Part shown: piece after piece, positions 1 to 9,551 of the stretch
Position numbering within the stretch: the first letter of the stretch is position 1
How the letters are laid out: each line of letters opens with the position of its first letter
Assembly: GCA_003971905.1 (NCBI GenBank)
Contig: RSEE01000120.1
Span: 174,493 to 194,492 of the forward strand
From: Moniliella sp. 'wahieum'
Taxonomy: Eukaryota
DNA: 20,000 nucleotides
Direction: 5' to 3'
The notes under the pieces: model-generated
The model's database searches: none
Told to the model about the DNA's origin: nothing
Seen by the model: only the letters and a program-made list of their open reading frames with translations
Program-made: the position numbers and the translations under genes

Positions 1-172
1 GCGTGCTCTTGCTGTGCTTGTGGGCGGGGTAGCCCGAGGGCGTGACGGGCGTGGTGAGGCTCGGCGTCTGTCGTAGCTCGGCCTCGGACGGCGGGAGGGG
101 CAGCCGCAGTGACAGGCCAGCGGCCGCGGGCGTGGGCGTGGGCGTCGGGGTGGGCGTCGTGCGCCCAGCCAT
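1..172 (-). CDS. 5' end of an unidentified protein-coding gene that runs off the left edge (MAGRTTPTPTPTPTPAAAGLSLRLPLPPSEAELRQTPSLTTPVTPSGYPAHKHSKST...)
   Basis: ATG at 172-170 in a GCCATGG context. The frame is open to the window edge, with a Pro/Thr-rich N-terminus and a pyrimidine-rich (CT)n leader upstream on the minus strand. No domain recognised. Confidence 0.55.
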   Translation of the reverse strand, partial: MAGRTTPTPTPTPTPAAAGLSLRLPLPPSEAELRQTPSLTTPVTPSGYPAHKHSKST

Positions 173-858
173 GGCGAGCAGCAGAGCGCAGGAGGAGCGG
201 AGCGGAGGGGCGGCGCGAGAGAGAGAGAAGGGCGGCGGGGAGATATGCAATGCGATAGATAGCCTGCGTTGGGCCAGCCGATTGCCAGCCAGCCCGCACG
301 GGGCAACCCAATCGAACCCATCTTCACCCCACCCCACCCCGCTGAGGCTGAGGGCCAGCACCAGCCAGCCGACAGCGGCGTGGTGCTGCGTCTCGGCTGC
401 ACCCTTACCACCGCGAGCCCCAGGCACGAGCCCCCGCACGGCACGCGCTGTGCGCGCGCTGCACCGGCCCGGGCGGCGCCGGCGGAGCGTCTCGGACCCA
501 ACCAGTGCTCCCGCCGCCCCGCACAGCGCCTGTGCGCCTACCCTCCTGCGTTTCACTGCGGGGTTCACTAGCTTCACTCCCCGCTCCAGCGCAGAGTCAG
601 CGCTCACCTCAAGCTCATGCTTCACGCTCTGGGCACGAGGCGCTGGGGGGGCCGTGCACATGTTTCACTTGCGTGCGTATTCCCGCAGGCTCTCCAAGCT
701 TCAGGCTTCAGGCTGCATGCTGGGGATTCGACTGAGACTGAGTGCTGCGTAATGCGCACATGTACTGGTGCATGATGCTGATAGCATGTTGATCCGATGG
801 ATCCTTGCCTGATGGGCCACACCAATCGCCGAATGCCAAGCGTTAACGAACCCCTTTC

Positions 859-1107
859 TGTTAGAGGGTGCTGCTAGGGTTCTCCTGCGCGGCCTCAATG
901 GATCGGTGACGCTCGCCTAGCCGAGCGGAAGCGTTCCGCTCGCGGGCCGCGCACGCCCTGCTCGCTCCATCTCCCTTCTCTCTCTCCTTTCCTTCCCTTC
1001 AGACGTTGCTTGAAGCTTGTGACTCACCACTTGCCTTCACGCCTTGTCTGAAGGCTGCTTGCAGCTGATCCATAGGATCGCGAGTGCTCCCAAGTCGCAC
1101 TCTAGCA
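859..1107. mobile_element. Solo LTR, family 1 (249 bp)
   Basis: Termini TGTTAG...CTAGCA, perfect 5-bp TSD CTTTC (854-858 / 1108-1112), near-identical to the reverse complement of 12982-13324. Confidence 0.93.
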
Positions 1108-2339
1108 CTTTCGACCGTTGGCCAAACCTACACGTTCGAAACGATCGACGGCCAAAAGTGGGCAAAGGAATGTTCTTGTAACCATGTACCCCCCGCGCCG
1201 CCGCCGCCCCAATCGCCATATGCCATCATTGCATCATTGAGTGAGTGCACGGGCCTGTTGGGGCCCCATACTGGCTCAGTACTACCTCGGCGCGCTGAGC
1301 GCCCTAGTAAAACTAGTAACTCGGCTCGCGTCCCGACGGCGCGGCGGCGTAGCGGCGGCCATACGGATGCGAATCAATACGACAAGCGACCAACCGTCGG
1401 GAGCTCGCCTGCCTCTGCCTCTTGTTTCGAAGTACGAATTTTCAGCACGCAGCTGGGCTGGCCTTATAGCTATGGTTTGGACGCCACGGCACCATGTATC
1501 GCCCCCAACGCGTATACTGGAGCCCCACCCGTTGACCGATTGCCCTCTCAGCCTGCCCGTTTTCCGTTGGCATCTACCACTGCCGTCGGGCTGTTCCGCT
1601 CCATCAACTGCATCAACCACAGCAGCTTTCCGCCAGGCTTCAAGCCTTGGTAGTAGCCCCGATTGGCAATTGGAACTGTCCCGATACCAGCGGATCCATG
1701 TACTAGTGAGTGAGCGTCATGTTTACCTCATCATGTGTCAGCCTTGAGTTATTGTCCACCCCCTATCGCCACTCGGATCCGTCCGACCAACGCTGAGAGC
1801 GGGAGAAGACTCGCCTCAGATCCAGCTGCTCCAACCGTGTGGCGTCACCTCCTGGCTCTCGATTCGGGTCTCTCTATAATGAGGCAGTGACAACCGTTTC
1901 GACCTTCCCCGTGGAAGCGCACACCCAAGCCTGAATTGCTGTCGATGCGAGGTCCTCTGGTAACGGGTGGTTTGCTTTTTGTGCTGCTATGGTGGAGGCG
2001 GCGTGGAAGACAGGGCGAGTGGGGCAAAGGATGACCCTGGAGAGCCAGACGCTTCCGCGAGCCAGTCGGGGGTGCCCAGACGCAGGGGACAGCCTGATGT
2101 GATCACAGAGTCAAACGTATACCCAGGGCTAGAATGGGCGGCTGCGCTGCACAGCCCCTTGGGAGCCCAACGGATGTCGGCGATGTCCACCTGGAATGGA
2201 GCGGCACGTGGGTGAGGCATATGATTCCCATCCCTCTCCCCCTGTGCTCGTCCATTGTGATGAAGGTCACATATGCGCATCGCCGAGGCTATCTACATTA
2301 TCATCGACAGACCGTCGTTGAACACAAGGTCATGTATAC

Positions 2340-3362
2340 TGTCACGGAGTAAGGATTAAGTCGCCTTGAACATAGCCACCTCCAGTCCCTTATCGTCGCT
2401 CTCGCTTCTCTCGGCTTCATCTCTCCCTATCTCTACTCAAGTTCTCTACCTTTCGCTATCGTGACTCCGATGCTCGGCCTACCTACAACTACCGCAATTG
2501 CCTCTTCTCCACTCGCTTTCGTGTAAAAATTCAAAACACTACACATGGTTCCGACTCGGTTTCGCGCCTCGTTTCTCGTCTCGGCCCCCCCCCTTCCCCT
2601 TGACCCTCGCCTCGTCTCTCACATCGTGCCTCTCGCGCTTGGTCCTCACTTCTTCCCGAGACTCGTTTCCTCTTTTCGCTGTAGACCTCTGTTTAATTGG
2701 TCTTTCCTTTGCTCCCCTTCTATTCTGCATCCTTATCATTGACAGGGCTTAAGGCTGGGACAGGGGAAACGCTACGTCTAGACCGAACCGTTCATCTTGC
2801 GTGGTTTTACTTGGTTGTGCCACCAATATTAAGGAACCAGGGGATCGCCAGGATATCAGGACCCTCTCTGGTGCTCGCCATCCGGTCCCGTACCCAAGGT
2901 AGCGCGGGTGGATACGGATGACCGTGGTAGACATCCGAGCGAGGAACCATTTCCATTGAGACTCAGTAGCTAAACTTCTATTCTATAAAAAACCTGCCTG
3001 TTCTTTTAGATCCAATCGTGATGGCCCAATAAGCCGCCTACCATTCTTTTCCCCTCACCTCTCTCCCAGGAAAACTCCGCTGCAGAAGAACCACCTTTCC
3101 GATCTGCCTGCTTGCTCCCTCGCCCATCGGAGCTTCCCGCTTCCTCGTCCCGCCCCTCAGTATAACGTACAACCTCCTTGCAGACGTTGCCTAACTCTGC
3201 CTGACGAAAAGCAAAGCACTAGCACACACAGTGTGGCCCTCTTACGTTCAGGCAAGTGTTCCTTTGATTTTGGATCTAAAACGCGTTCAGTCCTCTGTGA
3301 GTCTTCTTGTTTCCGATGGACAGGGAAACGTCTCCGCCTGGGAAGCCTGCAACCCCGTTACA
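2340..3362. mobile_element. Solo LTR, family 2 (1023 bp including a nested non-LTR insertion)
   Basis: Termini TGTCAC...GTTACA, perfect 5-bp TSD TATAC (2335-2339 / 3363-3367). Homologous to ~8590-9149 (shared blocks CTGTAGACCT, AAACCTGCCTGTTCTT, TAGATCCAAT, GCGTTCAGTC, CAGGGAAA). Confidence 0.88.
2727..2974 (-). mobile_element. Severely 5'-truncated 3' end of an RLE-type non-LTR retrotransposon, nested in the solo LTR
   Basis: 10-bp TSD CTTCTATTCT (2717-2726 / 2975-2984). Absent from the homologous LTR at ~8760-8775. Aligns along its length with ~14805-15050 and encodes LATESQWKWFLARMSTTVIRIHPRYLGYGTGWRAPE. Confidence 0.85.
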
Positions 3363-3842
3363 TATACGAAGAAGCTAACACAGCGGCTTCTCTATGCAAA
3401 CGCCGGCCACCGCAACCCCACCCCCCACGAATATCTCGACCGAGCCACTGGTGTAGCAAGACAGAAAGTGTACATACACGGTCATACTAGTATTCGATGT
3501 TGCCGGGACCCGTATAAGGCTTGGATCGTTTGGAGAGGCCCCCCGTCTCGAAAGCATAGATTGATCCACCAAGAGCCCGACATAATCATCAAGAACCGGC
3601 TATCGAGAGCTGGTGAACGAGAGAGGGAAAAACAGAAGCGGGGATAACGGCGGAGAGGGCAACAGTACAAACAAAAGCAATGGACGAGCGGTTGAATGTG
3701 AATTATATTGAGCGACACATCGGCGCGTGGCTCGTCTCTATATGGTCAAATGCCCCTGCAAGCAATAAATGTACCTATAACGCTAGCCTGAACAAGCCCT
3801 GATCGACACCCCCCTACAAAAGATTTGAGGACGATTCCCATA

Positions 3843-3926
3843 GCCTCTTTGGCTCAGTGGTAAAGCATCTCACTAGTAGCTTGTGCTGGCATGAGAAGAT
3901 CGGTCGTTCGATTCGGCCAAGAGGCA
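3843..3926 (+). tRNA. trnT-AGT: tRNA-Thr(AGT) with a 12-nt intron (3879-3890)
   Basis: Acceptor stem GCCTCTT/AAGAGGC plus discriminator A. A-box TGGCTCAGTGG. Anticodon stem TCTCA/TGAGA with CT-AGT-A loop and the intron after position 37. T-arm GGTCG-TTCGATT-CGGCC. Confidence 0.95.
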
Positions 3927-3930
3927 TCTC

Positions 3931-3935
3931 TTTTT
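3931..3935 (+). terminator. RNA polymerase III terminator (T5)
   Basis: TTTTT starting 5 nt after the tRNA discriminator base. Confidence 0.8.
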
Positions 3936-6530
3936 GGCATCCCCCGTCGTTCCAAAGCCCCTTTGCACCTGTCTCATGTAATACCGTAGCACTGACACCA
4001 GGTTGCTCAGTGCCTCCCAACAGAGCACACTAGAAACACACGATTCTCGCAACGGGCACATGTGGTCCTATTGAGTCGCCGCTTTCAGAGAGCATATGCT
4101 CCTCATCCCCCCCCTCACACAGACTGTAATTCTGACACCCACAACGGGCATGCGAGAACCATAACTGCTACCAAAAAACACTGCCGATCAGATAGATGTT
4201 GGTGAGAAGAGTGTTGAGCAATAGATTATATCGGGTCATGGCTCGTGCTTTTGCCCAAGCGTCCCTTCAGTTCCTCCTCAGGCCTACTAGGAGTTCCTGT
4301 TTCTCTCTGCTGTTTTTTTCTTTGTTCTGCAGCTGCACCCCTGGTGGCGACTGGCTTTCCTCGATCGGTAGGCGTTTTGCCAGTGGTTGGCAGTTCAATA
4401 GACTATGCACCCCACTACCCGTGCGATCGCATCACCCTCCAGGGCCATCAGGATTCCCCACTGAAGTGTCTCATCAGAGTTACAACTCTTTTCGCTCATG
4501 CAGTGAGCAACGGGTCCACCCCACACTTCCCACATTCCCATCTCCTCGCATTTTTACCCATACCCACCCACACTCCCCTCGCCGTATTTCATCAACAATG
4601 AGCGACACATCACCCCGCACCCCTCACCTTTCGAACGTAAGTTCCCGGAGGGACTGGGCCCACGAATATCTTCCGTTTCCCTTTCCTACAGAAGGAATCC
4701 CCTTCGAACGTGCTGCAGGCGGCTGGCTAACCCCAGCCACGAACAACTGGGCCAATTACAAACCCTTAGGCATGTTCTTAAGGACCACACGCCTCTGCCA
4801 GTGGCCACAATTCGCGCACCTCTGCTTTGCAAGGCAATCTCACCATATCTCAAGCCGGCTCTCATCTTTCGTGCAAAAGAATGTGGCAATGTGATAAATA
4901 ATCATCCTAAGCGGATTTCCAGCGACCGTCCCCTCTTCAACACGAACGTCTGAACCGGAGGATCCTGTCCGACCTCCATGAAAGGTCGTTGTACATTTTT
5001 ACCTGCCTTGGCAACCCTCCCTGTTGTCACTGGTTCATCTTCTTCTCCTCCAATTGACTCCAAGGTTATTTCTATGCTGACAAGGCTCAGCTCAATCCTA
5101 CTGTTATGATTCGGGTTCGCGCACGTGCGCCTTCACGGATAAGAACGGATTTACTTCACTCCATCTTAATCTTGCATCTTTTCTATAGTCCTTGCCGATG
5201 GACTGTGGTCATGCAATCCGAAGTCAATGGCACTCCCGACGAAGTCGGAGGTTGAGGAGAGAGCTAAGTGGAGAGGAGGCTGCCTGTACTGAATCGATTC
5301 ACTTCAAGACAGAAAGGAGTCGGACATGAAAGGCGGGAAGGGACGATTAGAAGGCGAGGGACAATGATCCCCAACCCAACCAGGGGTACTGGCTTGATCA
5401 AAAGGAAAACAGATACAATTGAAGTGTAGAAAGGAAGCCACATCGAAAGTTGGGTTGGGTGCCGCAGACGTAGTAACACAGTAAAAGGAAAAGTAAGTGG
5501 TGTCGGGGCGGCAGTCGTCGCAAAGATGCCGGAAACTTGGTAGCCCTTTTAAAGGTGGGAGGTGACTATCCTTGTCGCGCGGATGCATGGCCATTCGGGC
5601 CATCGTACATGGTTCAACCAACGAGAATCTCACTTCGTTCATTTTCAGAGAGCGCTCGTACTGGGCATATGCAGGCAATACAGGCCTAGCTTTATTGGAT
5701 GAAACCATTTCTTTCTGTATCTGCTACGCAACAGAAATGGATTTTGTCATCATGGATTGAACACATGGCAAAACTAAATACTGGGTTGAACCCCGGAATG
5801 TTCGTGCTTGACTTGTTGGGGGTTTCGACTGGAATCACCAATGAACACCCATGACACCTGCTGAGTTTACTCTTGATAGACAGTTCCAACGCCTGTGAGA
5901 CCATCACTACCTTCATGTTTGGAATCCCAGCATTACGATAATCCTAATCGTAGGCAACTTTCTTGAGGGTTGGACAGCCTTGTTGCACATGTATTCCGGA
6001 TGGATTCAACGAAAATATTTGGGCTGTTGAAAGGTATTGTGATTTGATGGGTTCATTTTCAATGAGTAGGGTACTACTCTCGCAGATGAATTCGTGTAAA
6101 TTCTGCACAATGGTTGGGTTCGGCACCTGTCCATGTTTGCATACTATTGATCCGCGACATACGAATCCCCCTAATGCGAGCCCTGCACCAACAATGGTAA
6201 GTGACCGCATAATTTGATCATCTCGGGGGTGTCGACACCATGAAAATGAAGCAGAGCATTGGTTACGAGAATGATGCAAGCGTTGAAGCTTGATTAGTTT
6301 GGAGGGGGACCATATTGATTGCATTATTCTCAACTACGTCGCAATCGTACAACACGCTTAATCAGAACCCTAAATACCAATCAAAATGCTCAGGTTATTT
6401 GTACACATTCCGACACGAAATGCAATTAAATCGCCACAAAGTTCACAAATTCATTAAGAATATTTAGCGTACTTGTATCGGACATGATACGCTTGGGCTT
6501 GAGATAATTTAGAATTCACTGAAGCCACGC

Positions 6531-6765
6531 TGTGAGAGTGGGACTTGGGAACACTCGCGTTCCTATATCTGCTGCAAATGAACCTTCAGACAACGTGCGA
6601 ACACAGAGTTCGTCAGCCACAAGTCCTCAAGCAACGTATAAAGGGACGAAGTTAAGAGAGACAGGAACGAGCTGCCGCAAGCAGGGTGTGCGCGATCTGC
6701 GAGCGAAACTCTTCCACCCGGCAAACCGAGCATCACTGATCGAACCCAAGCACTATCCTCTAGCA
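6531..6765. mobile_element. Older, diverged solo LTR, family 1 (235 bp)
   Basis: Termini TGTGAGAG...CTCTAGCA, TSD CACGC/CCCGC (1 mismatch). Collinear similarity to 12982-13324 (GACTTGGGA, CACTCGCG, CCTTCAGACAA, AGCCACAAGTC, CAAGCAACGT, GCAAGCAGGG), same orientation as that copy. Confidence 0.8.
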
Positions 6766-8589
6766 CCCGCCAAGACCCTCATGCGGCGGGCCTCCCAATA
6801 CTCTAGTTAACGAATTGATTTTTCTTTTTTGTTGGCTTTGGAAGTCACACGGGTAGAAGGATGAGGAGAAGGTCATGGATTAGAAAGCCGATGAACCGAG
6901 GCGAACATGGTCTACCCACTGGGAGCCGGAGGATCACAGTCCACACCCCCACTGCCCAGGGAATCCGCAGGCATCGGGTTGTGGGATGAACTTCTGCCAG
7001 TGCATGCAGAGAGGGGAGGATTTGAGTGGCAGCCAGCACAATTACCCGGAGTTGTGAATGGCCATACTACTGGCCTACCTTTTTTTCCTGTATTGGCTGA
7101 CGCACACGGCCCCTCTCTTGAGCAAATCGTTGCTCGCATTTTCTGAATACGGGGTATCGCACGTGGGTGCTATACAGAAAATGTGATCATTGCCCCGCCC
7201 TAATACTTAGTTTGCTGTCCAAAAAAATATACAGAATCGGACAGAGGAATTCGTGATTCTGTATGCTTGCAAGTTGCGCAATACTGCCGGACACATCGAT
7301 GTAAAACTGGAGGTGTCTCGATACTGAAGGGCGATGAGAATAATAGCAGTATTATTCTCCTCAAAGGAAGTTGCAACGGCTTATCAAGAACTACAAGTTT
7401 TTTGACTACCCAGAGTCCCATACGATTGGCCTGGCGGTGAAACAGTATCAAATTTTTGCATTCTCGGCCGCTCTGACATCGAATATATGTTGCTACCTGC
7501 CCTGTTTCAATTTCGGAGTAAGGTGGGACGTATTAACACGAACCAACAGGATTTATTTCACGGTGCCAGTTTGTTGGGATCATCTCTTCTAGTAATATGA
7601 CAGATGCCCATGTTGATGTACACGGTAAAGTATGCTCTTGCCCCCTTTGAGGTAGGCCGAAAGGACGATAAGTGGTCGTATTATTAGTGTGGAGAGCCTG
7701 TCAAAGAAGTGCTTTGAATACAGCAGAACCGCGGCCAACATACGAATCGTAACCTCCATACTTGATATCCGGCCTGTCAGGCAGTTTCGAATGCCAAAAG
7801 TGGTGGACTCTCGCACTCTGCCGTTTGATCGCCTGTCTTCCAAGAAATGAATTTTGCGCCTGGCCGCCTGCAAAAACACACGGCGATAGGACATCTCCAT
7901 GGGTTCACCTAGGAAATGCGTATCATTTACCAGTATATGTACGCCTTCAGCCGGATGTATCACAGCTGGACAGGCCCCATTGTTTGCTTGTCTTGCCTGG
8001 TTGCATGTCAAATTGAAAACACATGTTTGATTATGAGGCCTTGCAGATCTTTCGGAAACAAGTGAGTTCACGACTGTCCTGGACGAATGAGGTCGTGGGT
8101 CCCAAGCGGCCGTAGCCGGCTGTGGCGGAGTTCCAAGAGTAGATACTATTGTGAGGATGAATTAATCCAGTGGCGCTGCAGCAGCGGCGTTCTTATCTTT
8201 TCTCTTCCTGTGAATGAGAGAGTATAGCTCTTGTGGGAGCTATGCAGTGCATGTTATGACTTTACCACATCCGTCCCCAGTTAGCTGCCGATACAGACAA
8301 CTATAAATTTCCATCGTAGCCTGGGGCTGACGCTGCACATGTGAACTGGCGCAGCACCGGAAGAGTTGGTTCTGTTTGTCGAGACTGTGGGCGAAATAGG
8401 TAAACACTAGTCTACCATTGATCCGCCTCAAAGAGAAGGAGGCAGGCGTGAACAAAGGAAGTGGTTGAACGTAAGAGGGTGAGTCACCGGCGGGCCTCGC
8501 TCCCACAATGTCCTGAGCCCCGACCCCTGAGTCCCCTCCACGGATTCATCCAACTTCCTCCGTCTCGTGCTCGTCTAACCTTCCAAAGT

Positions 8590-9149
8590 ATACACACGGT
8601 TTCGATCCAGTCTTTCGCTTCGTTCCTCGCCTCGGTTCCGTTTTGTTCTTGGCCCTCGCCTCGTCTCTGGCCTCGTATCATTCGTTCTTAGCCCGCACTT
8701 CTCCACCCCTTCACTCGCTCCCCCTTTACACTGTAGACCTATTGGTATTTCCTCTGTTCCCCTTCTCTCCTAATGTGAAACCTGCCTGTTCTTAGATCCA
8801 ATTATGATGGCACGTTCTCCATCACTCCTTTCCCCTCACTCCTTCTTCGAGGCACTCCACTCGGCACTCCACTCGAGAAGAACTGCGCTTTCGATCGGCT
8901 CGCACGCCCTCCTGCCTATAGCCAATCGGAGCTCCCCGCTTTCACGGCCGGCCCCTGATGCGTAACATTCTTCTTGGCCGCTACCAGGATATACCTGATA
9001 AATAGAAAGGGACTACTACTTGCGAACCGCCTACGTTGACGCCTATATTATTTGGACCTTGGATCCGAAATGCGTTCAGTCTTCCGTGGGTCTTGTATCT
9101 GATGGGCAGGGAAAGTCTCCTCCCTGGGACGCTGGCAAACCCACTCACA
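8590..9149. mobile_element. Diverged LTR remnant, family 2 (left boundary uncertain, may extend to ~8465)
   Basis: Collinear similarity to 2540-3362 minus the nested insertion. Ends CTCACA at the position matching GTTACA. I could not find a matching TSD or left TG terminus. Confidence 0.72.
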
Positions 9150-9551
9150 ATCCCCTCGTCAGAACAGAGCATCTGAGCCACGGCAGCAGCCTAAGAAACA
9201 TATCGGCGTCAGCATCACCACATAGGGAGCTCTCTAGTCTTGACTATTTCTTTACAATAATCCCTGTGCTGTGGCAGGCAACGGGGGATACACATAAGGT
9301 CTATAAAAACACTGATCCTCTCGTTTCCCAATCGTCGCTACACTCCTATACATAAGACACCGTCCAGGTATTCCGTCTCCTATAGCGGCCGTGGCGGACG
9401 GGGTATCGTAACGTGTGCCAAAATGTGGTTTTCGGGAACTCGTTCCTGTGTGGTTCCAGCCCCGATTTTCCCGCGTAAAAACGAAAACGGGGCAACGCAG
9501 AGGCAGGGAGGTTGGGTACATGAGCTAACTAACCCTGGATGCCAATAAAGC

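Noticed and set aside
42..752. Long plus-strand ORFs here and the antisense ORFs over the OPT gene (e.g. 11583-12206)
   Set aside because: GC-rich or shadow ORFs with no recognisable protein features, overlapping better-supported minus-strand genes.
1590..1665. Minus-strand YQGLKPGGKLLW resembling a methyltransferase motif
   Set aside because: An isolated short motif with no SAM-binding motif I, in a frame that closes soon after.
2727..2974. A structured ncRNA or SINE explanation for the 250-bp repeat (CATCCG...CGGATG stem)
   Set aside because: The repeat continues in frame from the RLE domain in the longer copy and shows synonymous-site divergence. No Pol III boxes were seen.
4197..4397. 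TG...CA segment flanked by ATAGA on both sides (possible solo LTR)
   Set aside because: Terminal inverted similarity does not extend beyond TG/CA, ATAGA recurs locally, and there is no second copy.
5583..5700. HGHSGHRTWF...GICRQY resembling an integrase HHCC zinc-binding motif
   Set aside because: The second Cys is missing, a stop follows immediately, and no DDE core is seen downstream.
2340..9149. A full-length LTR retrotransposon bounded by the two family-2 LTRs (likewise 6531-13324 for family 1)
   Set aside because: The 2340, 6531 and 12982 copies have self-contained TSDs and the pairs are strongly diverged. The interiors contain host genes (tRNA, OPT) and no recognisable gag or pol.
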